Source: Camelus ferus (taxonomy: Eukaryota). From it: a DNA stretch of 64,000 bases. The position numbers and the translations under genes were made by a program. Positions 36,374-50,360 of this stretch are shown in pieces. Location of the stretch: NCBI RefSeq assembly GCF_009834535.1, contig NC_045732.1, positions 20,956,001 to 21,020,000 of the forward strand. Reading direction: 5' to 3'. The notes beneath the pieces were generated by a model that was not told where the DNA came from, ran no database searches, and saw only the letters and a list, made by a program, of their open reading frames with translations. Position 1 is the first letter of the stretch, and each line of letters opens with the position of its first letter.

Positions 36374-37430
36374 AATTAAACTGCTCGACACAAACGAGGG
36401 CGGGGGCTGAGCAGGAGATGTAATTAACATCCCTTTTCAGGGCTTAATCTCTGTAATGCTCAACTCTGCTGAAGGGAATGGGAAAAGAATGTGGGGTCCA
36501 GCTGACTTTTTCCCCTAACTTCGTGGGCCAAAAGAATGGGAAAAAAAAATCATTCCTAATAAATCTGTTGAATAAACCAATCCGGAAATGTATTCATACT
36601 TTAAATGCTATAGAAATATAATTATGAACATACAGAACTAAAAATACCCCCAGTCTTCTTCAGTTCTAGTTGTTAATTTTTCAAAATGCCACTTAACTAG
36701 TTATTCATGAAGGAAGTTCTCCCTATAATTAGTTTTTAACAATTATAAAGAGGAGCTCTATTGGGAACTACAAATACTGATCTTTATGTCTGAGAGTCCA
36801 GGGTGCAAAGGATTACCAAGTATCCAACAACATCAAGTCTTCCTCTATTATTCAACCTTGACATTTGAACCACACAGAAAAAGTGAATTAACTGGACTCC
36901 TTTCCAGATTAGAAAAGAATCATGAGGGAAAGTATTGCTAGAAAAACATTTTTGGGGGGTCTGGGGTAAGCAAAGTAAGTACAAATTTTGGTTAACCACA
37001 CGGGACAGAAACTGAAAATTGAGCGCAGCTCTCCATGCACAGCGCCGCTGTGACTGTGGGAGGCAGCTCCCCTTAGGCTGACCCTCCACCGACAGGCACC
37101 GGCAAAGGAGACAATTCATTCTTCTCTCTTCAAAAGTGGTTTATTAAAAAAAGAAAAACAAAGCAAACAAAACTGGTTTATTCAAACACAAAGTCTTTGG
37201 GAGGCCAGATTTTTACCCCTGTATATCTGGGATACATTTTAATGATATGTTTATTTTTTAGGGAAAACAGTAGTATATTTAAAACCTGCCTGCTGAGACC
37301 AAATCCTTACTTTCCAATCTGGTCATCTGTGGCATGTGACTCTAAGACTCCTGAGTTCTACCAAGGATGCTATAAATATACACAGAGAGAAAGACAAACA
37401 TCGTGTTGACAGAACTGAAAGGTATATTAC

Positions 37431-37482
37431 CTGCCCCTTGCTTGATGACTGGAGCGGATGGAGGAGGTGGCTTCTTGGGTCT
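37431..37482 (-). CDS. SH3KBP1: SH3KBP1 exon (human exon 10), 52 nt, phase 0-1: RPKKPPPPSAPVIKQGA(G)
   Basis: Acceptor ttaatttttcag|AGA, donor CAG|gtaata. Frame continues from the previous exon. Not shown in the ORF track. Confidence 0.97.
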
Positions 37483-38594
37483 CTGAAAAATTAATCAAAG
37501 TGATACTACATGAGATTGTTGGCAAGCCCGGCCGCTCACATAAGGACCACAGACAGTGTTTTCTAGATGTAGTTTGGACAGTCCAGAGAAGCTCTCCAAA
37601 AAAATTGAGCAATTCTCTCTCCAGGGATGTCAGGTTTTGGCACCTTTAAACAAACACTAAAATAAATTCAGGCTGCAAAACAAAGCTCTGATGGACAAAT
37701 GAAATACCATTTCCCCCTTTCTAAATTTGTAACAGCCTTCTGGAAAAGCACGGCTCAGCAAAAAATGGCCTGCAACCAGCAAGCACAATGGTACTCCTAC
37801 ACTGAAGCCGCATTTGCAATTAAGATTTAATCTGCTGAATAACCAAGCAATTCAGAAAGAGTCGCTGGGATGGCTCTAAATTAGATCTGCTCTGGATGTG
37901 GGACCTGCAACAAAATGCAGGCTGGGGGGCCCCTGCACCTGGGTAGGGTGCGAAGCCTTCTGCCCCTTTTCAACCCAAGGCTAGTAGGTCCCTTGCAAAG
38001 TCCCCCACAGACCAGCTGTACCCTGGAGAACAAAATGGAGTTTCTTTGCATATCAGCCACTATTTGTTTTTCTCTCTCATCCTATCACTCTGGAGGTGAC
38101 GAGGCAGCAGTGCAATCAATGGCATCTCCTTGCTCACCCAGGATTGGCTGTAGATAGGAGACAGTCAAGCTGGACTTGGCAAATGTCCTGGGGCTGAGAG
38201 TCCAGCCAGGGCACAATTCTTGGACACCATTCTTGGACAGGGGAGAAGGGAGCCAAAGGCAAGGGGAGAATCATCTCATCACCTAGATCATTAAGGAAAG
38301 ATGGAAACGGGGACGGTTTGCGCATATGATCCATGTCACTGCTGACACTTCAGACCCTCTCTGGGTATCATATACTTGTGACTTTAAAAAAGCTCCATGG
38401 ACTCTCCTCTGCACACTGAGAATGTACTGCTGTGACACTGCTGTGGGGACCAGAGAAAGCACCCGGTCATCCTTGGCCCCACCTACCAGTGCCTCCCTGT
38501 GCCTGATACATTACCAGGGCACAGGAAGAAATGGTTTGCAGTAAGACCCAGAGAATATGAGACCCACAAAGAACCTTCTCAGGAAGTAGCACAG

Positions 38595-38830
38595 CATGTA
38601 GGCTCTGCATTCGATGACATCTCAGCTTTGCTCTTTACTAGCTGGGTGATTTGGCCAAGTGACCCCAAGTAAAACTACAGCATGGTGGGTAAGAGGTGGG
38701 GCTTTAAGACATGACTGTTATTACACATTGTGGCTCTTTCCATTTTTAGCCATGGACACTGGGCAGGTGACCTCACCTAGATGAATCTTCCTGACTGTAA
38801 AATGGAGATAATATTACCTCCCTCTTAGGA
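38595..38830 (+). mobile_element. MIR fragments
   Basis: ctttactagctgggtgatttggccaagt...gacactgggcaggtgacctcacc...ctgtaaaatggagataat. Confidence 0.65.
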
Positions 38831-38869
38831 GGAGGAGATTTCACAAACAGAGGAAATCAGTAAGCACTG

Positions 38870-39060
38870 CCTTGTTCAGTCCTCGTGACAACTCTATAAG
38901 GAGTGATATTATTAGGCCCATTTTGCAGATGAAATAATTGAGGCTTCGAGAGATGAAGTCATTCCCCAGGTCACCATTAAATGGGGCAGGGGGCTGAGAA
39001 TCCAGCCCAGGGCTATATGACCCGCAGGCATGCTCTTAACCACTGCGAAGGGTCCCTCCT
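38870..39060 (-). mobile_element. MIR
   Basis: cctcgtgacaactct...cccattttgcagatgaaataattgaggct...tccagcccagg. Confidence 0.7.
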
Positions 39061-39099
39061 GCCAGATGGCGTCCGCAAGACAAACTATCTCTCAGTCAT

Positions 39100-39345
39100 A
39101 AACCACAGAGAGTTTACAAAAGCACAGGGAACTGTAGTATGTTAACATTAAGGAAAAAAAAGTATCAAATTGCAGCTACAGTATGAGCTCAACCATGTTA
39201 CAATATATACAGAAAGGGGAAAAGACTGGGAAGAGAGAAATTTATAGTGCTGATCTCTTGTAGGATTATGAGTGCATACATGTGTGTTTCCTTATTATTT
39301 TTCTGTACTCTCTATATGCGTATAAACTTTATTATAAAAAGGAAA
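39100..39345 (+). mobile_element. L1ME 3' fragment
   Basis: acagtatgagctcaaccatg...aagactgggaagag...tagtgctgatctcttg...ttttattataaaaagg. Confidence 0.55.
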
Positions 39346-40724
39346 GAAAGAAGGATACTCCAAGGGCCCCTCTGCATGGGAACAGGCCCCCCCACCAGAT
39401 GGATCTGTTCTGCTCACAGATCTTACCACTCTTACCCCTGCTGCCAGTCCCTTCTAGCTCTCTCCCTCGATCCTTCCTTTTGATTCCTCCCTTCTCAGTC
39501 TTTGTATAAGTTAGGCTGGGGTCGGATGTGTGTTTACATAATGAAGTTATTATTGAAACTCTGCCAATTAACCCTTCTTAACCTCAGGATCAGAGTAATA
39601 TCTTATGCGTGAAACTGCCAACACCCCATGACCTGATTTTTCCCAGCCAAGCCTCAACAATGCCCACCCCCTGGATGTCTTCCTTCCTCTCTGTTGTTGG
39701 AACACTTTTCTAACCAATTTCCCATGAACCTCCACTTACTGAGGCCGTTCCCCCAGCGACCTTGCCTCAAACCACAGGGCCTCAAATAAAAAAAGACAAT
39801 TACAAGTCATCATATTTTCCAAGATTACTGTTTAAAGAAAAAAAATCCTTAATGTTGTGTCAGATTTGGCATGTAGCAGACACATGAAATGCAACCGGCA
39901 GAGTGGAGGGGCACCGAGAGAGAAGGAATGGGAAGCACTGTGCTGACAGCCTTTGGAGACCAGGGTCGGGCCAAATGTGTGCTTGGATGGCAGAGGAAGG
40001 AGGCAGAGGTGTGACATTGTGCTGGGAGGCCTGGCAGCTGCGGAGGCAGGTGGGGCATTTTTGAAAGGAAGGAGCAGTTTGTGAGCTGTCTGTCTTGCAT
40101 CCACCACGCTTGATCGACGCTGGCCAGGTGCCGGCTTTGCTTAGCAGCAGAGGAGGTTTACCAGTTGTTGGTCTTTTTTTCCCCCCTTGACTGATTTCAC
40201 CCTCTGGTTCCATCAAATTTAGCCTTCCTGCCTCCTTGGATGAGAAATGATGCCACGTTTTCCAGAGGATATGTCTTGCAAGATAATTCTGAACAAAAAT
40301 CGGGGCCAGGGTTCCCTATAGCTCTAGACCACCCCCACCCTGCAAATGATTCATAAAGTATTCACATGAGCTGACAATGATTTTTTTTCTTTGAATGCCA
40401 CAGGAAGATAGGGCAGTGAGGACAAAGCAGGCAGACTGGGGAAATCTATAGCAAAATGTGGCAATAAAAAAATTCATCATGGGAGTTCATGATTCTCAAA
40501 TAAGAAGACGTAAACACAACATGTAATTGATTTTCCAGGTTAAGCAGTAGGTCAACATTTTCTCTATTTAGTTAACCAGCATTAACCAGCTCCTGAAGGT
40601 GCACAGACAGAAACATCCTTTCAACTCAGTCAAGTATTTTAAGTCATGAATTTTTTAGAGGCACTTGTTCTATTTATTCTCCTCCCTCCATAGTGAAAAT
40701 AAAACACTCCAGCTTCAAGCTCAG

Positions 40725-40900
40725 GTGGCGTCATCCTGTTCCATTTACAGACTGATGCTAAGAACAGAGGACATTACAGCTCTGAGTGATCAAAGGGTCC
40801 CCTTTAAGCTGAGAAAACTGAGGCCAGAGGGGCCATGTTAACAGCTAGTTGGTAGCTAAAATGGGCCCAGGACTCACATCTCTCAGTGTCCAGACTGGAA
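40725..40900 (-). mobile_element. MIR
   Basis: gagaaaactgaggccagagggg...acagctagttggtag...ccaggactc. Confidence 0.55.
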
Positions 40901-42187
40901 ATTCAGTAAAAAAGAGTCAACATAAAAATGTTCATAACAAAATCAATGGGCCAACATTTTCTGATTTCTGGGAGAGCAGAATGCCTTCCACGGTCCTCAC
41001 AGGTGCAGAGCATCCAGGCCTGTGTGTGCCTGCTTGTGAATCTGCCTGTGGGTAGATCCGGCTTGGACAGAGAAGCAAACACCATTCTTCAAAGGCTATG
41101 TTAACTAGATTAGATTTCGTACCATTATTACTGGGAAGGAAATAGATCTGGATGTTCTGGAGTGAAGACAGCAAGAAGGCAAGTTGTGCTTCCAGCTGAA
41201 GCATTTCAGAAGTGACCCTGCCCTTTGTGCAGCAAGTCTGGCCAGTCCCAAATGAAGGAGCTTGTCAACTGGCTCAACTGTCCTCTCTGGCAGGAATTCT
41301 GATTTGCCACTTGGCCTCTTAAGCCCATTTGCCTTCATATCTCTGGCCCCAGACATGTGATTTGCTGAAAATAACCAGAGGAGAGTACTCCTAATGGCTG
41401 GGTACCCTTCAGGGGGGGAGGCGCTTTGTTAGAGGACTATGGTAAATTTCCCCAAAGCAAATTTTAGCTTGATTTTGAGCCCTGGGAAGCCCTACTCCAG
41501 GCATTTAAGTTCTCTGGAGGTGTCTCTCTGTGAGGCTGGAGAGTGGACACCAATGGACAGTTCCTGACCAAGGCCCTCATGGCTCTAGCAACACATGGAG
41601 GCCTCCACTCTGCCCTTTCCTCTCCTTCCCTGGGTGGATTGACAAGACCTTTGAAGAGTACATCTGGGGCTTTGCTCCTCTGCACCCTACAGAGTCCCCA
41701 GCCCATGAGATTCCCCAGGAGCTACCACAAAACCTGCTCTTGGCAGGCTCTCTCTCAAGCTTCCTCTCCTTAGCCTCTGGCCTGGTGGCTTACATCCATG
41801 GTGTCCCTCTTGGCTAGGCCCCTCCAGACTGCGGCCTACTGGGTAGCCACCCAGGCTTTGGTGTTTGGTTTTTCCCTACACTCTCAACTCACCCCCTTAG
41901 CTCACTCCTTCACTCCATCTACCCCACCCTGAAAGTGATGCCTTGACTCCATGCCCAGACCTCACATCTGGATGATGGATCTGGGCCCCGCTTTGTCTGG
42001 GAAGAGAAATCTGACAAGGGATCTGGCTTCCTCTTGCCCCTCCCATGACTCTTCCTCTTCTTTCAGACTATTACAGGAAGGAGCAGAAAGTAGGAGGGGA
42101 GGGAGAGGAGGGAGAGAAACTATACCTTGTCATTAAATGACCAAATGACAAGGGATTCCTGAGTGCCAACTAGGGTATCAAGCATGC

Positions 42188-42527
42188 TGCTAAGGACTGA
42201 ACGTTTGTCCACTGAATGGACACAAAATTCTTACGTTGAAACTTAATCCCCCATGGGTGGCCTCNNNNNNNNNNNNNNNNNNNNNNNNNNNNNNNNNNNN
42301 NNNNNNNNNNNNNNNNNNNNNNNNNNNNNNNNNNNNNNNNNNNNNNNNNNNNNNNNNNNNNNNNNNNNNNNNNNNNNNNNNNNNNNNNNNNNNNNNNNNN
42401 NNNNNNNNNNNNNNNNNNNNNNNNNNNNNNNNNNNNNNNNNNNNNNNNNNNNNNNNNNNNNNNNNNNNNNNNNNNNNNNNNNNNNNNNNNNNNNNNNNNN
42501 NNNTACTAGCCTGAACTGACTAAGACA
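42188..42527 (+). mobile_element. MaLR (MLT1A/MST-like) solo LTR with its middle lost in an assembly gap
   Basis: 5' tgctaaggactgaacgtttg...aaaattcttacgttgaaacttaatcccc and 3' tagcctgaactgactaagaca. Confidence 0.8.
42265..42503. other. Assembly gap (239 N)
   Basis: Seen directly. Confidence 1.
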
Positions 42528-45500
42528 CACACACTGTTAGACCCCATGAAGGAGAAACCTGGGACATGGGCTCAGCCTTCAAAGAGATGACAGTTCAGAT
42601 GGCGTGATGAGAGAGAAGCACTTTAGGCAAGAGTAGACTGAATGAGGGGCTCAACCAGGAGAGCACAGGCTCTAAATACCAACAGAGAAGCAAGAAGGAG
42701 AGCCACCTGGGCCACTTCAGGACAACTCAGCGGGGGCTCCGCCATTTGGTCAGACATGGGCAACACCAAAGTCTTGATGAGCCCCATCTCTGCATGTGAA
42801 ATTACCCAGAAAATTAAATGTACAGACAAATAATGTCATAGGTGAATTTTATTCATAATGCTGCTTCTTATAAGCACATATTTCTTTCTTTTTGGAAGAC
42901 TAAAAACAGGGAAAGAATTCATTGGGCATCTTCAGAAATTAGAAAGAATATTGGTTCTCAAAAGGCTGAAGGACATAACTAGGAACAAAGAAAATTTTGG
43001 CTGAGGACAGTTTTATAAACTGGATTGTCAGATGATAGGGGCTAAGGTCAGGGGCCTCCTAAGATCTTGGTAAAGAGAATGCAGTCAGAATTAAACCACA
43101 AAATTCAGCTACAGTGGATTAGCCATTATGGGAAAGAAGCAAGAGACGTCCTTTCCTGCAAAAGTTTGGAACTTACAAAACTCCTGCTGAGCAATCTTAA
43201 GGTTGGCACTCAATTGTAACAGAGACTGTGGGGAACCTACTTGACTGTACCATGATGTGTTGGAGATTGACAATGGACGGGAAGAGTCCCATCAGGCATG
43301 AAAATAGAGGAAAATGGTGAGTTGCGGAGGCCATGGGGGCAGCACTCTTGCAAACATCATTTGGGCTTAGCTGAACTCAACATACAGTTCCCTTGGCTCC
43401 CCTTTCCCTCAGTGCATGAGGGGGCCCCTAGCTCTACCTGCAACACCCTTCGTGAGAACAATTAGCTCCTCTTCTTTTCATTCCTTGCTCTCCCAGAAAG
43501 CACCAAGTAAATGCAGTTTCCTGTAGCATCTGGCTTCTAAGGAATCAGGCCCGCAGGGAGCAAATGCCCAGGGTAGGCAGACCCACCGCTCCACATGGGC
43601 TGACACTTTAGTTCTTATTGCGATCAGTAAACTGGCAGTCTGCTCCCTGGTAAGTCTCTGTGAGTTTGCAAATGGGACCCGGCATCAGTCACAGGCATCC
43701 TTCGAAATCTTTGAGGGCAGGTTTCTGTGTCCCTGAGGCTGAGAGGCAGACCCTCCACTAGAGCATTCACTAGGGAAATACCTCTGGGAATCTGAGCAAT
43801 GCCCCAGTTCTCGGCACTATACAAACTCAAACTCAGAAGAGCCCCCCCAAATCAGTGCATACTAGTGCATTCTGGTGACCTGAACAGTTTCTCTTAAAAG
43901 AACTGGATCCTGAGACTTTCTTAAGATACCATCTTACAGAAACATCACCTTTCAGAATACCTCTTCTATATATTTTTTAATGACAGTAAGATATTGTTTC
44001 TGCTGTTCAGAGTCCAAGGTCCCCATTTTGCTTCAGTCATGACAGAGCATGCGTGTTGCCTCATCAGCGCTGTTGGAATATTTAATCTTTCCATTCTGAT
44101 ATTCAGTTTTATTGTCAAGGCTCAAAATAAACAGGCAGCCATTGAATCTAGGTTCTCTCATAAATAGCTTACATAATTGCTCTAAAATCTGCACCAAGAG
44201 ACCGACTGGTACTCTCCGGGAACATCTTGAGGAAAAGCCGCAGAGCCTCTGCTGCCCTGGTGAGAAGAAACGCACTGAGCGCCCTTGGAAAGAAAGACCT
44301 CCAGGAGTTCCGAAGGCCCCGCAGTAACCACTGGAATCCGTGCCCCAGCAGAAAAGACGCCAGCCTCATCAGGATGCTTTGGTGATGCTACTGATTCAAG
44401 AGGTCTGCTGTTGAATAAAGGCTGCTTGCTGCTGTCTACCCTAATAATCACAGATCGTCCTCTTTTCTGGGTGAATGACTGCAACCCCAGCCACTGGCAA
44501 GACAAGATGACATCTGCTGAAACCGATGGCAGAATAATGTTGCAGACGCTGTCAGCCCCATAGTGCATTTGTGTTAATGACGCTAATCATCTTTACACAG
44601 TCACCTCAGCACACCACAGCCCCGTCTCCAGTCACACTGTCACCAACACGCCGGGGGCAGCAATAAAGGCTCAAAAAACAACCAATGCAAAGCCGGCTGG
44701 TGGGTTTTACAGGCCAGAGGGGATGAAAAGGATGTAATACTCTGAATCTTCTAAAAGCTAAATGTCACATTATCCAATCACTCCTCAGCTGTAGGTATTA
44801 CTTTGACAGGTGTAACTATTGTTTCCCTAAAATGGAGTTTTCTGCTGCTTAGGAACAGGGTTAAAAGACCTATCAAAGAGATGGTGGCTGCCCGTCTCGG
44901 GTGGGAAAGATGCCCATGGGCCCCAAAGAGCGTGCACGCCTCAGCGAGCAGGCCAGGACGAGCCTACTCATCACTGACAACTTCGCTCTCTCAGCGGGAG
45001 TCCTCCTGTAACACCTTACGTAACAGAGCAGAGCTTCCAGAAAAGTGTGCCATGGAGTCTCTCACTTGAGTGAATTTATTGCCCCACTAAAACACAAGTG
45101 GGGACTTGAAGACAGGGTGCTACAATGTAGGCAACACAGGCTTCGCCCACGTGTTAAAAGAATAATCCAGATTTTACCTTAGCCTTCAAAATCACACCAC
45201 CTCAATCGGCAGCAAGTGGGAGGCAAATGTCTAGCAGGATGGCATGATTGCTAAGACTCCTTGGCCAAAGGGAGGGGAGTCACTAGAAAGGAATTGGCAT
45301 CCAAATGCTTCGGATGTGAACACCCTTAGCCAGGTTCGCAGAGACTGGGGAGAAGGGTGAAACGGGCAGTCTGGGTGACCCCCTGCAGCCCCAATCTAAG
45401 CCCACAAAGGCAGCCACCGTGTGTCCTCCTCACTTCCCATCCCCCGCACAGAGGCCAGCCCCAAGAAGGGACCCAATAAGTACAAAGTGAATGAATGAAA

Positions 45501-45999
45501 ATACATAAAACATCACTGTCAGGGATCTGCTGATCCTGCCAAAACATGCAAAATGACATGAAGATTATGTCATCCTGTGCTCACTTGTCTCTACAAATAT
45601 ATATTATAAAGCACTAGATTCTCTGAACCTAAACTTAATTCCTAGAAAGAATAACAGATGTGGAACAGAACATCCTTTAGTTAAACAATACAAGCAAGCA
45701 AGCTATCAAAAAGCCTCAGAGGTGTGGCCCCTAGCTTCAAACCAATCTAAGGATCTACAGGCCATAGTCTTGGTTGGTACCAACACCATCGAGTTTCTTG
45801 AACAACCATATTCATTCATCCAAGCAGTGTACACACCAGCAATGCTGTTTAGTATCCTTGGCAACCGATCCACCAGTACTGTAGCTACCTTTCCCAAGCC
45901 TCAGCTCCGCAGGAATGGTGGTGGGTCAAGGAGGTGCTATGTGGGATGCAGGCCATCCACTTACCAATAGAGCACCCAGTGATTCTTGCCATTTCTTTG

Positions 46000-46403
<404 letters not shown>

Positions 46404-46929
46404 CTAGGAAACAGGAGAGAGCAGAGAGTGAGAAACAGGGCGAGCACCCCACAGAGAGAATGGAGGCCCTTTCCTTGAGGCTGCTATCAGTGCGACGATG
46501 GTTACTAACACTAAATCAGCACAGATCCCAAAGTCGGATGGGAAAACAAAAGCTTAAGTGTGCTAGAGCGGCTGGCTGGGACTCAGCCCGGTGCTGCGTT
46601 TAGAGGCCCTGGATTAATACGATCCTTTTTTTTTTTTTTCTTTAAAGATAGGAGGGTATGTATTTTCTTCATTTTAATTTTACTGAAATAAAATTATTTC
46701 ATTAACTGCAAAAGTGGTTTCGAAAACATCACATGCACAAATGTTCTCTTTGATTAGCCTGTCACAAAGCTTGTCGGAATTAAGAAAGGCTTGGTGACAG
46801 TCAGCCAAGTGTAAGAAAAATCACACCCTACGCAAGCTCATTAATGTACTCCCTCCTTTCCGCGCTGAGGGGGCACAGTTGTCAGCATGAAAAGCCCTTC
46901 CCCCACTGTAACGAACTCCATGTTTGCTC

Positions 46930-47060
46930 ACTACATGAATGGATACATCTATTCATTCTTCCAGATCAAACCTGTTTCCCTTTGAATAATCCCTATTCTG
47001 TGCATCCACTTGTCAATCATGTACTGAGCACCAACTCTGTGCCAAGCGTTAGGGAGACAG
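46930..47060 (-). mobile_element. L2 3' fragment
   Basis: catctattcattc...tactgagcaccaactctgtgccaagcgttaggg. Confidence 0.55.
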
Positions 47061-48639
47061 CGAGGGCTCAGGCTTTGCAGGTTTCCATCCTGAGCCTAAT
47101 AGCCTCCCAGGCACTCAACCTCAGGCCACAGAACTACTTCTGTTTTTCCCTACATCCAACTGGTTGGAAGCCTGATTTGCTCTAGTTTGATGAGATCTCT
47201 TGCGTTTGTCCTCTGGGTCCAATGCCACTTCTACCGCCCCAATCCAAGATTCACCTGGCTTGCCATAAACCTACCCACTTGGGTATTTCTGCCTTCCTGG
47301 TCTGTGTACAATATACACACCACTGTCAAGTACACGTCCTTGTGTAAAAACCCAATTCTCAGACTAAGATCGACAACTTCCAGCTAAAGCCCAAAATGAG
47401 CAAAGGCTTTCCCCCAAATGCCAGAAACACCGAGGACTTTTAAAAATAAATGCTCAAGAAAGTAAGGAGATTCCTGCTCAGGGCCCATGGAGACACACTC
47501 AGGGTCCTCCACAGGACCAGGGGGGTTGGGGAAGGGGCCAGGAGGGCTCAAGCAGCAGGGGCGCAGCTGGCCTAGGGCCTGGCAAGAAGCCCCCAGAGGA
47601 CCATGGCTTATGTGAGTCACGTGCGCCTTACGAGAGCCTCCATTCCAACAAGATGAGAAACACTTCTGAAGTTTTCACCTTTATTCCCCCAGCCCAGTGC
47701 ACAAGGCCCAATATAATAAATATTCATCAAATCAATGAAGACTCTTTCTAACCCTGAGTTCTGTGTTTTCCTGTAGTCCAAGACTAGGATTCCTGCAGGA
47801 CAAGACAGCCTCCATCTACCTCAGCTTGTGATGGTTCTCCATAAGTCAATCATGAGAAGTAAACACTCGCCGCCTTCTCTTCCCTAGTGGTATCTGTTAC
47901 AAGGACAGACTGACCCTTTAGAGAGAACGTGGGTTTGGGAAATGGGCCCCCACTCAAAGACTATAAATTCTAGTCCCAACCAACACCAAAAACCAAAGAC
48001 ACTTGAAGCATCAAGTTCAGATCTACTCAGAACAAAACAAGGTTCAAAAGACTAACAACATGAAAGAATGCTTATCTTTCTTGGAAAATGACAATGAGAA
48101 GCCCAGGTAACTAATCAGGTCCTGCCCAGGTCACATCACCCCCTAAACAATCTAGCATCAGTCCCTAAAGAAGGGAGTCACAAACAAGGGTGGTGGTGGC
48201 AGAATCTGATGCTTTCTGAGGTTCTTCCAACTCTGAGAAACTGTTATGTCATCAACGATACCAGAAAAATCTTAGGACAGAGTAGGGGGTGGAATTTCTT
48301 CACTCCTAATCCTTAGACATTAAGTCTTTCAATCCAGAGCCTCTGTTTCTGAAGAAATGTCTGGCATATTGTTTTTTTTTTTTTTCCTTCTCTTTCTCTG
48401 GACAAGTCCTTCTCATCTTCAAAACCCAACTTGAAAGTCACCTTTAGGCAAATGACTATAATGAAAGCGTTCTCTTTCCTCTAACACTCAGAACTGTGTT
48501 AATTTGCACTTCACGATATTTTATTCAACAAACCTCTAATAAATGCAAACTATATTTAAGTTCATTCTGTAGGCACCAAACATTAAACATGCAAAAGAAC
48601 ACGATCCCTAATTCCAGGTAGCTTAGAGATTTGTGTGAA

Positions 48640-48670
48640 ACACACACGTGCGCATGCACGCACACACACG
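48640..48670. repeat. 31-bp perfectly alternating purine-pyrimidine tract (CA/CG/TG)
   Basis: acacacacgtgcgcatgcacgcacacacacg. Confidence 0.9.
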
Positions 48671-49599
48671 ATATCCAACGTTCTTTTTTGGTAACAGGTA
48701 TCAACCATGAGCTCTGGTACCAAAGAAGAGAGAATCATTAACAATGTTTCAAATAATCTTAAATCTTTTCACATGTGAACCATTGGCTTATGTGAGGACT
48801 GGACTTCTCTCCACATTCATTTCAGACCATCAGATAATAGAATTCTGTCCAGAAAAGGCAGTCAAATACTGTTTAGCACTACATTTCTTTTAAAGGCTGT
48901 CTTTCAAACTTGCTAAATGGTGCAAATCCATTAGCTTTATGCAAACAGTCACCCAGGAACCACTGTCATAAAGCCTTCTGCTTCGTATGTGAGAAAAACA
49001 ATAAAGAAAAATTTAATAAGCGAAAGCATATCCAGAATAACTTTAGAACTTATGCACGCCTACAGGGGAAAACAGTGAATGTGACATTATGTTATACCTC
49101 CCATCAGTGGCAAATAGCTCAGATCGCTCATCTAGATTCTGCTTTTTAAGGAAAACATTAATAGCGCTGATCATTGAGTACTTCGAGGTAAGAGAGGCAA
49201 AGCATGAAGGCAGAACACAGTATGTCTAATTGTTCTACTTGGTATAAGAACAAATACGAGGCTCATGGATAAGGTTACACATTCAAAAAAGAAGACTGCC
49301 AGTGTGCCTTAGAAAACCAAGAAAAGTGAGAAGCGAGTCCACTGCAGGACAGAAAACAGCCACAGGGTCAAGATGCCCAGAGTGAGATAGAGATTTAGAG
49401 AACTGAGACTTTTTTCCCCCTAGCAATAGAAGCTAATTTAAGGGAAACAGGAAAAGTTTTGACAGCAAAATGAGAAGTGAAAATAAGTCCACTTCAACAA
49501 ATCAGACAAAAGAACTAGGCTTTTGGTGGCAGTGATGAAGAGAGAATTATTTGCACGAGGGCTCTGCTTCCAGAAGTGGAAAAGAGCAGCAAATTCAAT

Positions 49600-50360
49600 G
49601 TATTTACTGAGGACCTAAAACATGCAGGAGAGGAGAGGAATTCAGGGGGAAAAAGAAAATCATCATGTCCTTATGGGGCTCCCAAGCTCAGAGCCCGGCG
49701 GGAAAGGCAGACACAGTGAGTCAACACAGCACAGAAACACGGGCAGGAGTCTGGGCCGGATTAAAAACAAGCAGGACCAAGAGAAATCAGGCGGCCTGGA
49801 AGAAGAGAACGAGGGCAAGAATTCAGGTCATGAGAAAGGTCAAGGGCGGGATCACCAAGTGTGAAAGAAGGGAAGATGTAGAGTGGGAAGCTGGGGTCAT
49901 GGAAGACAATATTCAAGAATTGGCACTTAGAGTGAAGGCAATGTGCTTGGCTCCCCGGAGGCTCCCAACCAAGCTCTACTGAAGAGTGTCATGAGGGGTG
50001 AGGCAAGATGACACCCACTCATGAGACCAGAATGTCATCAAGGTGTGGTGGATGTCCCCAAGGAGGATGGCAAGGAGTGAAGGCAGGACAATGAGGCCGT
50101 AGCTGACCACTAAGGAGAGAGGCAGTGTGGCCAAAATACTGGAAGATTTTAGGGTGACCATATAATCTATTTCTAAACCTGGGGCACCATTAATAATTAT
50201 ATCAGGACCACAGGCATAACCCAAGATGATGGCCACCCTAGTGGATTTTGAGACTCTAGTAAGGATGAGAAAATGGCAGTATTGGCAGGTGAGGGGATGC
50301 CCTTTACACGAGGCAGGAGTCTGCAGCGAGAAAGAGTAAAAGATCAGCATGTAGAAGAAA
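49600..50360 (-). mobile_element. Degenerate L2 internal region
   Basis: Purine-rich strand with gatgtagagtggg, gtcatcaaggtgtggtggatgtcccc and gaggggatg motifs typical of antisense L2 ORF2. Confidence 0.45.
50150..50240. mobile_element. MER94-like hAT-Blackjack MITE (91 bp)
   Basis: TIRs tagggtgaccat / atggccacccta (11/12). Degenerate 8-bp TSD gaagattt / gtggattt. Confidence 0.75.

Noticed and set aside
42236-42530. ORFs made mostly of X
   Set aside because: Artefacts of translating the N gap.
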